DNA of 64,000 nt from a virus. Shown here one piece after another: positions 9,388-19,061 of the stretch. The notes beneath the pieces were generated by a model. The model worked only from the letters and a program-made list of their open reading frames with translations. It had not been told where the DNA came from and made no database searches. A program made the translations under genes and the position numbers. The stretch's first letter is position 1. Each line of letters opens with the position of its first letter. The DNA lies in the IMG/VR virus record IMGVR_UViG_3300043788_000131, positions 37,798 through 101,797 of that record; one strand, 5' to 3'.

Positions 9388-10794
9388 TTAGATGCCGAGA
9401 ACCTGACCGCGCTTGCCGGCGCGATTCGCTTTCATCTGTTCGACGATTGCGGATCGGTCGCGCGGCGCGGCGGCCGCTTGCTGCGGCTGTCGTGGCACTG
9501 CTGAACGGGACGGCTGTGGCTGGATGGCCTCGCGTCTTGCATCGCGATTGACGACGATGCGCGGCGCGCCGCGTTGCGGGTCCGGGAGTGCCGGATCGGC
9601 CGGGGTTGCTGGTGCTTTGATCCCGCGCCATTCACCCACGGCGCGCGCAGCCTCGTTCAAGAGAACGTCAGGCGGACGCACGGCATGGCCGTTTGCACGG
9701 TAGTACTTGTGGGCCGAGGCGATGTCGGCTGGTGTTGTCGCTCGCCCTTCCACAAGGTTGGCGGGATCGAGCCCAAGCGCGACCAAGTCTTCCGCTTGCA
9801 AGTCGTACATTTGCCGCTCAAGAGCGGCCTGTGCGAGCTTGTCGGTCGCGAACTCGGGGTGGTCCTTCTTGAAGCTGTCGAGCACCTTCGCCGTGCGCGC
9901 ACCGTCATCACGCATGCGCTCATTGACGAGGGCGTTCTGAACCTCTTGGCGGACCTGATCCGGTTTTGCTCCCGCCATTCCTGCGATGGTGTTTCGCAAG
10001 AGGTCGCGGGCTTGTGCCGGATCGTCGCCGAACTGGATTGCCTCGATCAGCTTGGCGATCTGCTCGTCCTGGTTTTGGGCGGCAGGGTCAGGCTGTGGCT
10101 GTTCGGCTGGTTGCGTCTCTGGGGCGGCTTGGTGACCGTCCTGGGCCGGACGCGAAGCCCTAGTTCTGATCGAGGACTCAAGCTCGTTGATCTCCTTGAG
10201 CTTGGCCTTTGCAGCGTCGAGGATGTTGTCAGAAGCGAGCGCGATCTGCGCGTGCTTGACCAAATCCTCCTGCGATAATTCCATTTCCTTGCCGTTGACC
10301 TTGACCTTGAAGGTCGGCGGCGCGCGCTCTGGTTGATCAGGGTGCGCCAGATTTGGCGTACCCTCCGCACTTGCGACACTTGCGTCATCGGAAGTGTCTG
10401 GCGCGTCTGGGTTTTCCGGTGCCAACGGTTCGGCACCCGCTGCCTGTCGGAAGTCCTCCGGTAGGCCGCCGGAGCGCACGAAATCTTGGATGTCGTCGGT
10501 CTCGGGCTCATTCCTCTCGGCGCGGAATCGCGCGGTGATCGCGGCGCGCGTGTCGTCGTGCTTGCTGCGCACGGTCGGTGCCGGGCGTCCGGTGCTATCT
10601 GGCTGGGTTCCGGTGCTATTTGGCTGCGCGCCTGCGCCTGGATCTTGCGGCGAGCCGTCACCGGGCCCGAGTACAGCCTCAGTCTCGCCACCTGGAATCG
10701 GCCCCTGCGCCCCCTTTGCTCTTGTGTCCGCCTCTGCGGCCTGTGCCGCCTGCTGCGGCGTGTTCTGATGCGGCGTAACAACGGTGTCAGGCAT
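9388..10794 (-). CDS. Capsid scaffolding protein
   Basis: Acidic Pro/Gln-rich, FKVKVNGKEMELSQEDL motif, basic C-terminal helix, directly upstream of MCP. Confidence 0.8.
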   Translation of the reverse strand: MPDTVVTPHQNTPQQAAQAAEADTRAKGAQGPIPGGETEAVLGPGDGSPQDPGAGAQPNSTGTQPDSTGRPAPTVRSKHDDTRAAITARFRAERNEPETDDIQDFVRSGGLPEDFRQAAGAEPLAPENPDAPDTSDDASVASAEGTPNLAHPDQPERAPPTFKVKVNGKEMELSQEDLVKHAQIALASDNILDAAKAKLKEINELESSIRTRASRPAQDGHQAAPETQPAEQPQPDPAAQNQDEQIAKLIEAIQFGDDPAQARDLLRNTIAGMAGAKPDQVRQEVQNALVNERMRDDGARTAKVLDSFKKDHPEFATDKLAQAALERQMYDLQAEDLVALGLDPANLVEGRATTPADIASAHKYYRANGHAVRPPDVLLNEAARAVGEWRGIKAPATPADPALPDPQRGAPRIVVNRDARREAIQPQPSRSAVPRQPQQAAAAPRDRSAIVEQMKANRAGKRGQVLGI

Positions 10795-10807
10795 TGGGCT
10801 CCCCAAA

Positions 10808-10834
10808 TGAAAAAGGCCGCCGGAATGGCGGCCT
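10808..10834 (-). terminator. Intrinsic terminator-like hairpin
   Basis: AGGCCGCC-ATTCC-GGCGGCCT + TTTTCATTT. Confidence 0.75.
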
Positions 10835-10838
10835 CTGC

Positions 10839-10866
10839 GTTCTTGGTACAGGTTCTTGGTACAGGT
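10839..10866. repeat. 13-bp tandem direct repeat GTTCTTGGTACAG x2
   Basis: Seen directly at 10839-10851 and 10852-10864. Confidence 0.85.
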
Positions 10867-10891
10867 TTAGTCGGACCAGGACGGCGCGAGA

Positions 10892-13699
10892 TTAGGACGC
10901 TATGAAGTTGTGCGCGCCTGCAAGGTGTCCGTATTCAAACAGATCGTATTTGATCATGCCCGCATCGGTGATGATCTCGATGATGACAATCGGCATCTGA
11001 GCAAGGTTGTCGCCAGCCATGGTGTTGTCGTAGTACCATTCCAAATAACCGAAGATCCAATCGCCTACGGCCATGGCAGGAAGCGAATCGCCAGTTACTG
11101 AGCCCGACCAAGAGCCGGCCGACCAGGATCGCACCCCCGCCGTCTTCACGTTCACGCCGAGGGTGCGGGCATACCCCACGAACGCGGGGGTGTAGCCCTG
11201 AAGCGAGTCGCAAAACAGATTTTCGGAGCCGTTGGCGCCGGTGTAGGCCCGCAGGACGTTGATATTGATCGACGTAAGCGTCCCTCGGACCTGCATGTTG
11301 TTCGTCGCGCCGAGGAGCGGGGACACGTTCCCCGTCAATACAATGTGCCCGTAAGTGAAGCCAGGACCCCCGTCGCGGCTCGGGTTGCTGCCCATCTGCC
11401 AGTTCTGAAGGAGGTGGTGACCGCGGCAATTCTTGACTGTGATCTTCGGATAGGGATGGACCGCGATGATAGAGGGCAACGGGAAAGCGCTGGGCAAGCT
11501 GCCCTGCGTCCAACTCGGCAAGCTGGTCAGCGTGGTGTCGATCAAGATATTTCCGGTGCCAGCGACGCCCGGCGTATCGCTGCGCACGTTCAGGACCGTG
11601 AAGAACGGCGGACTTTGAAAGAACCCGCCCTCGGAAAACGCGCACCGCACCCCAGGAGCCGCCCACGGCACGAGGCTGGCGGGGCCGGTATTTGGTATCG
11701 AAAAAGTGCCGTTGGAAAACGTAAATGCAGAAATGTTGTTGGCATTTCCGAAGGAGTTTCCCCATCCCGTGAAGCTGATCACGTCGACGTAGCTGTTCTC
11801 GATATAAATGCTTTCAAAGGGACCGTTGCTGCGCGGCCCCGGCGTCAAATTGCCGATATAGGAGTCTCTGATGTAGGTGTCCTTCGGCGTGCCGTTGAGA
11901 TTGCCGATGTTGCAGCCGTCGATGATCAGTTGCTGCACTGACGAGCTCTGGAATAGAAGGGTGTTGTAGTAGCCGGTGATCTCGCAATTTCGGAACGTCA
12001 GCCGCTCGATGCACTTGTCGACCTCGATGTCGCCGCCCCCCTGGATGAGGCAGTTCTCGAAGGTGATGGACTTTGCCTGTGACGGTATCGGGAAGTTGCT
12101 CGATTGCAGCCCCGGCCATTTGCAGTCCCGATAGTATTTGTTCATGACGGGCGGCATGTCGCTACCGCCGAGGAAGGTCACGCCAAAGCAGGAAACGTCG
12201 CACTCCCACTGGCCGCCGAACATCTTAGTCATGTTCCAGACCGTGGCCGGACCGCCTTCATTCACGCCGAAAGAGTTGGCCGTGTATGCCGGATAGGTGG
12301 ACAAATACGGACCACCTCGCAGATAACTGTTTAAGAAAATCACGCCGCCGCTGACGGTGGTTACCTGTACGAACTCCATGAAGTACGGATTAGGAGGGAT
12401 GCCGCCGGCCTCGATGTCGAGTGCGCCTAGCAGCAGCCAATCACCCACGCTGAATTTTGAAGCGTCGCCGGAGTTGACTAGAGTCAGTTGAGTACTGTTC
12501 TGGCCGGCGCTCTGCACTAGAGCGGAGTTTGCTGCCCCATATTGATCATTGGTTCCGCCGAACTGGTTCAGGTTCCCGCTCAGCGACGCGCCGTAGCCAA
12601 AGATGGTGAGCTTCTTAATTCCGCGCCACAGGCCGTTCGAGTTTGAAACTGAGGTGTACGTGCCCGGCGGAATATAAAGAGCGACTTCTTTGCCCTGATA
12701 GGCTTCGGTAAAGGCCTGGAAAGCGGCGCCATCATCGCCACCATTGCCCAGCGCGCCGAAATCTTTGATGTTCACCAAGCCGCCCGAGATCGCACTGGGG
12801 TTGACGTAAGTGAGCGGCGTCCAAAGAACGATCTGCGAGATCGGCGTGAAGCCGGCTGGAAGCGTCAATCCGGTGGCCGTTGGGTCTACCGTGGCCCCGT
12901 CGCCGTTGCGGGCGAACTGCCCGATGATCCGCGATGTCGTTACGTTTATAGTAAAGGTTACGCCGCCGGTGCCGGCTCCCGGATCGTTGGCGGGATCACC
13001 ATTCCAGCTTCCGCCGGGGGGCTTGACCCAAATCAGCTTCGCGACCGGATCAACCGCGACGTAATAGGTCCCGTTCGGGGTTGACCCCGTGTTTCTGTGT
13101 CCGTTTGGCGCTGGTGGCTGGGCGTTGTTTTCAAAGTAGTAGTAGCCCGTGCCGTCAGCATAGAACCCAATCCCGAGTCCGAGGTAGTCGAGAAACATCG
13201 CATTGCCGGTGGGATTCCCGTCAATGCCGATGCCGAACCCGGAACTGCCGTCGAGCACGGTGAAATTCTGACCGATGGCGAATACATATTTCTGAGCGGT
13301 TGGAAGCGTGCTTGCGCTCCTAACTCCCGCTACGCCCACATCACCCGTGACGATATTGGGATACGCGGCGTCTGATCTCTGCGCCGTCAGATTGGAATTA
13401 GAAAAGATGACGGCCGGATTCGAGAGGTTGGGCGACCACGCAAAAGACGGTATCCGAGCTAGCGAGATCAGTTGCGTAGTCGGGTTCCACCAAAGCTGCC
13501 CGGCCTGCAGAAAAACTGGCGCTATGGTCGAGATCGTAATACCGCCGCTGCCTGCGCCCGCGCCCGCATAGAGCTCGGTGAGCATTGCGTTCAGTTTGTC
13601 GACGGCCTCATTCCACTTGTCGCCGAACTCTTGGCCGAGGCCAGTGTTGGGGCCGCTGAATGGCTCGACAAGGTTCTTGTTGATGGTCTGCCGGGCCAT
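10892..13699 (-). CDS. Fibre/spike: anchor + SPRY-like domain + pectate-lyase-like beta-helix (depolymerase-like)
   Basis: GDKWNEAVDKLNAMLTELY anchor; VAVD..AKLIWVK...WNG...P.G SPRY-like segment; VNIKDFGALGNG.DDGAAFQA beta-helix start. Confidence 0.75.
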   Translation of the reverse strand: MARQTINKNLVEPFSGPNTGLGQEFGDKWNEAVDKLNAMLTELYAGAGAGSGGITISTIAPVFLQAGQLWWNPTTQLISLARIPSFAWSPNLSNPAVIFSNSNLTAQRSDAAYPNIVTGDVGVAGVRSASTLPTAQKYVFAIGQNFTVLDGSSGFGIGIDGNPTGNAMFLDYLGLGIGFYADGTGYYYFENNAQPPAPNGHRNTGSTPNGTYYVAVDPVAKLIWVKPPGGSWNGDPANDPGAGTGGVTFTINVTTSRIIGQFARNGDGATVDPTATGLTLPAGFTPISQIVLWTPLTYVNPSAISGGLVNIKDFGALGNGGDDGAAFQAFTEAYQGKEVALYIPPGTYTSVSNSNGLWRGIKKLTIFGYGASLSGNLNQFGGTNDQYGAANSALVQSAGQNSTQLTLVNSGDASKFSVGDWLLLGALDIEAGGIPPNPYFMEFVQVTTVSGGVIFLNSYLRGGPYLSTYPAYTANSFGVNEGGPATVWNMTKMFGGQWECDVSCFGVTFLGGSDMPPVMNKYYRDCKWPGLQSSNFPIPSQAKSITFENCLIQGGGDIEVDKCIERLTFRNCEITGYYNTLLFQSSSVQQLIIDGCNIGNLNGTPKDTYIRDSYIGNLTPGPRSNGPFESIYIENSYVDVISFTGWGNSFGNANNISAFTFSNGTFSIPNTGPASLVPWAAPGVRCAFSEGGFFQSPPFFTVLNVRSDTPGVAGTGNILIDTTLTSLPSWTQGSLPSAFPLPSIIAVHPYPKITVKNCRGHHLLQNWQMGSNPSRDGGPGFTYGHIVLTGNVSPLLGATNNMQVRGTLTSININVLRAYTGANGSENLFCDSLQGYTPAFVGYARTLGVNVKTAGVRSWSAGSWSGSVTGDSLPAMAVGDWIFGYLEWYYDNTMAGDNLAQMPIVIIEIITDAGMIKYDLFEYGHLAGAHNFIAS

Positions 13700-13709
13700 G
13701 GCACGCGCC

Positions 13710-14606
13710 CTAATCAGACCAGGACGTCGGATAGCCCCAGAAGCGATACCAGTCCGCCTTGAGCGTCTCGTAGAAGATGCGGTTGAGTGCTGCCGCCCAT
13801 GGCGGCGTGCCGCCGCTCCCGGCGTTTCCGCTCACGAAGATCGGCTGCTCTTTGATGTCGAACTGATTGTCGGCCCCGAGTCTGATCCCCTTGAACGTGC
13901 CAACGCTGGAGCCAACGCCGATATGGGCTTTGGTAGCACCGATCGGGAACAGCGTGCCGCAGTTGACGAAGTCGCAGAAGTCAACCGCGACGTTGAGGAT
14001 GTTCTGCCCGGCCCACGCCGGCTCCAGGTCGAGGTTCGACTGCCCGGCGTTGGAGAACGTGCTGTTGGTGATCTTCACCCCATTGACGTCGATCAGCGAC
14101 GCGTTCTGTCGGTAGTTGCTGTCGAACACGACGTCGTTGATCGTGAGGTTGCTGGCGCCGATGGCTGTGAGGCCGTCACCGAAGCATTGGCTGACGGTCA
14201 ATCCGCCGTTGATCGTGACGTTCTTCGCCGCCGGGCCAAGGCCGATGCCGAAGCCCCACTGCCCTGCCGCGCCGCGAACGACGGGGTTTCCTGCGCCGCG
14301 GTCGCCGATGATCTTGCCCTTCCCGGTGATGACAAGGCCGTCCACGTTCTGCGCGAGCAGGATGACGTAGTGATCGGCCGCATTCGGGATGGCCTGGAGC
14401 GTGCCGTCGATCTGGAACGTGATCCCCGACTTCAGGGCGATGCCTGTGCGGCTGCTATAGTAGAGAGTTGGGCTGGCGATCGGGTTGATCCGGCATGTCG
14501 TGGCCTCCGGCACCCGCACGGTGTCGCCAGCTTTCGCGGCGTTGACCGCCGCCTGGACCGCCGCGGTGTCGTCCGTACCGGCGCCATAGACGTTTATTAC
14601 AGACAT
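13710..14606 (-). CDS. Right-handed beta-helix (pectate-lyase-like) protein
   Basis: GAGTDDTAAVQAAVN, GQWGFGI, CFGDGL, NYRQN, LDLEP motifs. Confidence 0.8.
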   Translation of the reverse strand: MSVINVYGAGTDDTAAVQAAVNAAKAGDTVRVPEATTCRINPIASPTLYYSSRTGIALKSGITFQIDGTLQAIPNAADHYVILLAQNVDGLVITGKGKIIGDRGAGNPVVRGAAGQWGFGIGLGPAAKNVTINGGLTVSQCFGDGLTAIGASNLTINDVVFDSNYRQNASLIDVNGVKITNSTFSNAGQSNLDLEPAWAGQNILNVAVDFCDFVNCGTLFPIGATKAHIGVGSSVGTFKGIRLGADNQFDIKEQPIFVSGNAGSGGTPPWAAALNRIFYETLKADWYRFWGYPTSWSD

Positions 14607-14619
14607 TCGCCCGCTCCTT

Positions 14620-15018
14620 TTATGCTCCGCCGGAGCCCGGTGGCTCGTCGATCAGCCCGAGATCGACCGCGACGCTCTGCCCGTCCGGCCCCTGCTCCAT
14701 GAGAATGTCGAGCACCTCCTGGCGCTCTTTCTCGGTCATGTGCTGGTCGACGTTGACGCCCTCGTTGATGAAGGAGCGGACCTCCCGCATGAAAATATCG
14801 TAGGCGCGCACGCGAGCCTGAAACTCGCGAAACTCCTTCGCCTCGTACTCCTGATCGACCAGGGCTAGTGCGGCGAGGGCTTCGGCGGCCTCGCCGCGCA
14901 GGCGCCGGTAGACGTGCACGAACCAGCCCGGCGCGAGACTGGAAATCTCCGCTTCGAGTTCGGCGCTGTCTTTGATCAGTTTGAGTTCAGCAAGCGACGC
15001 AATCGGGTCGTCCGCCAT
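14620..15018 (-). CDS. Small helical head-assembly protein of the kind usually found right after the portal
   Basis: EAAEALAAL..VD...REFQARV...F...V..FINEG pattern; AAAGGAG-linked operon. Confidence 0.5.
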   Translation of the reverse strand: MADDPIASLAELKLIKDSAELEAEISSLAPGWFVHVYRRLRGEAAEALAALALVDQEYEAKEFREFQARVRAYDIFMREVRSFINEGVNVDQHMTEKERQEVLDILMEQGPDGQSVAVDLGLIDEPPGSGGA

Positions 15019-15019
15019 C

Positions 15020-15271
15020 TTAGCGCCCAGGCTTCGGCGGTATGTGCTGGTAGCGTTTTGGGTCGTAATGCCTGCTCAGCATCCTCGCCAAACCTCGTTC
15101 CAGTTGACCGTCAGTCATCTGGTCGACGGCACTCCAAATCGTGTTGGCGCCTTCGGCGCGAGTCCCTTGGTCGAACCATCTGCGGATGTCGTGATGCTCG
15201 ATGTGACTGAGTATTTCTTCGTAGATACCCTTCTCGCTCATCATCCAAGCTTTGTTGGCCTTCTCGCTCAT
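15020..15271 (-). CDS. Hypothetical protein
   Basis: ATGA-coupled to the repeat protein; strong RBS. Confidence 0.55.
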   Translation of the reverse strand: MSEKANKAWMMSEKGIYEEILSHIEHHDIRRWFDQGTRAEGANTIWSAVDQMTDGQLERGLARMLSRHYDPKRYQHIPPKPGR

Positions 15272-17943
15272 CCTCCCCCTCCTTTGATCCCCAGGGCCGC
15301 GAGCGCGCGTAGCGCGTCGGCCATGTCGTCTTCGTCTGTGTTCTGCTGCTGCGCCTGGGCGGCCTGGAGCGCGCGCACCGCGGCGATTGCGTCGCCGAGC
15401 TCACGGGCGTCGGCCATCTGCCGTGCGAGGCCTGCCGCATCCGGCGGCGTGTATTCGCGGAACGATGGCAGGCCGGCCGAGGTGACGATGCGCGGCGGTC
15501 CGCGGAATATCTCTTGCGGCGGAGGCTCGACCGGCGCGCGTGTGCCGGGCACCTGCGCGTTGCGGCGCCGCTCCTCTTCCCACTTGACGCGGTCCCAGAT
15601 CGGCCAGACCGGCGGCTTACGCTCCTCGACGTCCCACGGCGGCTGCGGGAATTGCTTCGGCAGGACGCGCTTGCCGCCGCCAGGAACGAGTGCGGCCGGG
15701 AAGATGACTACCTGCGGCGGCCAGCTTGCCCACTGCTGCTCGATCGCCGGGAACGGCTTGGTGAACCGATCGACCTCGTAGCCGCGCCAGCCGTCAGGAG
15801 TGAAGAACTTGACGAATTCCGGCAGCCACGCTGCCCATTGCTGTTCGTGGGCCGGCGGATAGTGCTTGGTGAAGACGTCAACTTCGTAGCCGCGCCATCC
15901 ATCCGGGAGGAGGCTGACAATCTTGCCTTGCGGTGTGAACGAGGACCATTGCTGTTCGCTTGCTGGCGGATAGTGCTTCGTGAAAGCGTCGGTCTCAAAC
16001 CCGCGCCAGCCTTCCGGCAAGGTGCTGAAGATCTTGGTCTGTGGGAACCAACTTGCTTGGGAAATAATGAAGATGCTGTGGAACGCCACGTCGCCCGACA
16101 TGACCGGAACGGGCACGATACTGGACGACACAGTCGGCCAAGCGTCCCACTTCTGATGGGCGACCGGGAACGGCTTCGCGAATATGTCGGTCTCGAAGCC
16201 CCGCCAACCTTCCGGGAAGGCGGTCGCGACGATCACAATCTTCTGTGCCGGCCATGGCGCCCATTGCTGTAGCGCGACCGGGAACGGCGTGACGAAGCGG
16301 TCTACCTCAAAGCCGCGCCAGCCCTCCGGGAATACCGAAGTGATGGTGCCGCGCGGCTCGAAGGCCTGGATATTCTGCTGCAGCGCCGCCGGGAACGGCT
16401 TGGCAAATCGCGGCGGCGGCTCGTTCCACGCTGTCAGAACCGTGTTGTACGGCGGGATTGTCGGCCAGGAATCGAAGCGCTGTTGTGCGGCGGCGAGCGG
16501 CTTCGTGAACCTGGGCGTCACCTCCTGCCATGCAGTGAGCACGGTGTTGTAGGGAGGTGTCGCCGGCCAGGAATCCCATTTCTGTTCGCTGGCCGGCGGG
16601 AATGCCTTGGCAAACCGATACTCGTGGGAGCCGCGCCAGCCCTCGACGAAAACGACGGTGCCGATCGTGCCTTGGGGCTCGAAAGCATCCCATCGCTGCT
16701 GTGCCGCGGGCAGTGGTGCCTTGAGGGCGTAATCGAGCTCGAAGGAATAGAAGTCGTTGAAGACCGGCGGCGTGAATGGCACCAGCGAAGTCTGCTGGTA
16801 GATGACGTAGTAGTCTGAGAACACACCGTCATCGAGGCCGCGCCAGCCTTCGGGGAACGCGACGGTGGCCGAAACCTGCTCTGCCGGCCAGCAATCCCAT
16901 TGCTGCCGGGCCGCCGGAACCGGGCTCTTGAAAGCGTAGTCGAGTTCGAATGAGTAGTAGTCGTTGAACGTCGGGGGCGTAAACGGCACCAAGCTAGTTT
17001 GCTGGTAGATCACGCACAGGTCAGAGAAAACGACATCGTCGAGGCCGCGCCAGCCTTCAGGGAAGGCCACGGTGGTTGGGAACGGGACAAAACTATCCCA
17101 TCGCTGCTGCGATGCCGGGAAGGCGACCTTGAATAGATCGACCTCGTACCCGCGCCAGCCCTCGAATGGAACGGAAATTACCGCTCCCTGGGGCTCGTAT
17201 GCGTCGAATTTCTGTTCCGCGATCGGGAACGGCTTGGCGAACTTGTAGTCCTGCTCGACCCAGGCCGTGAGCGCAGTGTTGAATAGGCCGAACGGCCATG
17301 CGTCCCAGCGCTGCTCGGTCACCGGGAATCGCGGTGCGAACCGCGGTGTCAGTTCTTCCCAGGCCGTAAGCACGGTGTTGTACGGCGGCAGCGAGGGCCA
17401 GGAATCGAACCGCTGTTCCGAGGCGGCAAATGACTTGGCGAACCGCGGCGTGAACTCTGCCCAGGCGGTCAGGACCGTGTTGTAGGGTGGCTGTGCCGTC
17501 CAGGACGCCCATTGCTGCTGCGCCGGGTTGAGCGGCGGTATCTTGTTGGCGTCTAGTTGGATACCGCGCCAGCCTTCGGGGAAGATGCTGACGATGGTGC
17601 CCGCGGGCTCGAAGCTCTCCCACTTCTGTTGGGCTGCGGCGAGCGGCACCTTGAAGGCATCGGTCTCAAAGCCGCGCCAGCCTTCCGGATTGACGACGGG
17701 GGTCGACACCGCCGGCACCACCAAGGTCGAGGCTTGCGATATAACAAAAATGTTATGAAAGCAGACATCACCGCCCATCGAGGGTACGGGGACGGGCGTC
17801 GGCGGCAACGCGATGAAACTGGTTGTCTGAACGATCACCGGCAACGTAACGACAACGTCGCTGACAATCTCAGGCGCAAGGCCCCCAGGTGGCGTCGGTG
17901 GCGGTGGTAGTATGCTGCCGATCGGGTAAAGGACTATACGCAT
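15268..17943 (-). CDS. 891-aa Trp/Pro/Phe-rich modular repeat protein (putative virion scaffold)
   Basis: 11 x (E/D)GWRG, 5 x NT(V/A)LTAW, 2 x FND(Y/F)YSFELDY, many F.K.FP..QQ.W units. Confidence 0.8.
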   Translation of the reverse strand: MRIVLYPIGSILPPPPTPPGGLAPEIVSDVVVTLPVIVQTTSFIALPPTPVPVPSMGGDVCFHNIFVISQASTLVVPAVSTPVVNPEGWRGFETDAFKVPLAAAQQKWESFEPAGTIVSIFPEGWRGIQLDANKIPPLNPAQQQWASWTAQPPYNTVLTAWAEFTPRFAKSFAASEQRFDSWPSLPPYNTVLTAWEELTPRFAPRFPVTEQRWDAWPFGLFNTALTAWVEQDYKFAKPFPIAEQKFDAYEPQGAVISVPFEGWRGYEVDLFKVAFPASQQRWDSFVPFPTTVAFPEGWRGLDDVVFSDLCVIYQQTSLVPFTPPTFNDYYSFELDYAFKSPVPAARQQWDCWPAEQVSATVAFPEGWRGLDDGVFSDYYVIYQQTSLVPFTPPVFNDFYSFELDYALKAPLPAAQQRWDAFEPQGTIGTVVFVEGWRGSHEYRFAKAFPPASEQKWDSWPATPPYNTVLTAWQEVTPRFTKPLAAAQQRFDSWPTIPPYNTVLTAWNEPPPRFAKPFPAALQQNIQAFEPRGTITSVFPEGWRGFEVDRFVTPFPVALQQWAPWPAQKIVIVATAFPEGWRGFETDIFAKPFPVAHQKWDAWPTVSSSIVPVPVMSGDVAFHSIFIISQASWFPQTKIFSTLPEGWRGFETDAFTKHYPPASEQQWSSFTPQGKIVSLLPDGWRGYEVDVFTKHYPPAHEQQWAAWLPEFVKFFTPDGWRGYEVDRFTKPFPAIEQQWASWPPQVVIFPAALVPGGGKRVLPKQFPQPPWDVEERKPPVWPIWDRVKWEEERRRNAQVPGTRAPVEPPPQEIFRGPPRIVTSAGLPSFREYTPPDAAGLARQMADARELGDAIAAVRALQAAQAQQQNTDEDDMADALRALAALGIKGGGG

Positions 17944-17959
17944 TTTCCCGACGCCTTAA

Positions 17960-19000
17960 TTAGTAAGCGATGATCGGGGAGCGGCGGATCAAACCTCCCA
18001 TTTGGCTGCTGAAGCTCTGGAGTGGGGCTGGCACTATCGGCGAATAGGTGAGGACGAGGATGCCGGCGCCGGCATTGAAGGCGCCTGCTGCATTGGTTCC
18101 GAAGTTGCCGACACCACCTGAGCCACCGCCGTACAAACCGCCGTTACCGGGTTTGCCCGCATTGGTCGCGCCACCATTTCCACCCGATCCGCCGCCGCCG
18201 CCGCCTGGGCCGGCCGTTGCCGAGTTGGATGTCTGGGTCCAGAGATTGTTGGTCGCTCCGTCGCCGCCTGCGCCGTTTGTGGACGTGCCTGCATTGTTGA
18301 ATGGGCCACCACCACCGCCGCCAGATCCCGTTCCGGCCGTGCCAGCCGTACCAGCCCCGCCGGGGCCGCCGGCTGCGCCGCCAGGGCCGCCTCCTGATCC
18401 ACCTTGGCCGTTGCCTCCAGTTGTCCCGGATGAGTTGGTAGTGTTCCCTTGAGCGACACCGATTGATCCACCATTCGAGCCGCCACCGCCTGCGCCGCCG
18501 CTGGATGAGGAGGTAGTATCTCCGGTGGTCGATCCGCCGGCCGCGCCTACACCGCTAGGACCGCCCGCACCACCGCCGCCGGAGCCTGGTGAAGCATTGG
18601 CCGTTGTCGCAGCACCGCCAGCGCCGCCATTGTTGTTGGCTGTTGTGCCTGTGCCGCCTGAACCGCCAGCCGGTGCCGTGCCACTATTGAATGTCGCGCC
18701 ACCTCCACCAAAGGCTTTAGTGCCTACAGTTGCGTTGTCGTCTTTCAATATCTGAGTGAAGGTGCCAGCAGTTCCGTTAGTGCTGTATGATCCGGGCCCG
18801 CCAGCGCCGATTTGACAGGTGCGTGTAGCTCCCTGTGTGTAAGCTTGGTTCTGGTTTTTCCGATATTCGCCGCCGCCACCGCCGCAAGGAAACGAGCCGC
18901 CGCCGCCAGCGCCTACGCATTCAACGAAATTATTCGCCGAGTTCCAGTCACTCGGAATTACCGTAGTCAGGCCGCTGGTGATGAAAACAACGGTTGCCAT
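17960..19000 (-). CDS. Glycine-rich (polyglycine-II-like) virion protein
   Basis: VECVGAGGGG start, GGxGG runs, GAGILVLTY end; Thr/Ser/Asn-rich. Confidence 0.75.
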   Translation of the reverse strand: MATVVFITSGLTTVIPSDWNSANNFVECVGAGGGGSFPCGGGGGEYRKNQNQAYTQGATRTCQIGAGGPGSYSTNGTAGTFTQILKDDNATVGTKAFGGGGATFNSGTAPAGGSGGTGTTANNNGGAGGAATTANASPGSGGGGAGGPSGVGAAGGSTTGDTTSSSSGGAGGGGSNGGSIGVAQGNTTNSSGTTGGNGQGGSGGGPGGAAGGPGGAGTAGTAGTGSGGGGGGPFNNAGTSTNGAGGDGATNNLWTQTSNSATAGPGGGGGGSGGNGGATNAGKPGNGGLYGGGSGGVGNFGTNAAGAFNAGAGILVLTYSPIVPAPLQSFSSQMGGLIRRSPIIAY

Positions 19001-19015
19001 AGGTTAAAGCCCAAC

Positions 19016-19037
19016 AAAAAGCCGCCCGGAGGCGGCT
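19016..19037 (-). terminator. Intrinsic terminator-like hairpin
   Basis: AGCCGCC-TCCG-GGCGGCT + TTTTGTT. Confidence 0.7.
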
Positions 19038-19061
19038 CGAAATGGGAAGCGGGCGTTCTTT

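Noticed and set aside
15268-17943. Repeats as a CRISPR array or DGR template/variable pair
   Set aside because: They are in-frame protein repeats with synonymous, not adenine-specific, differences; there are no constant DNA repeats with spacers, and no cas or reverse transcriptase gene in the window.
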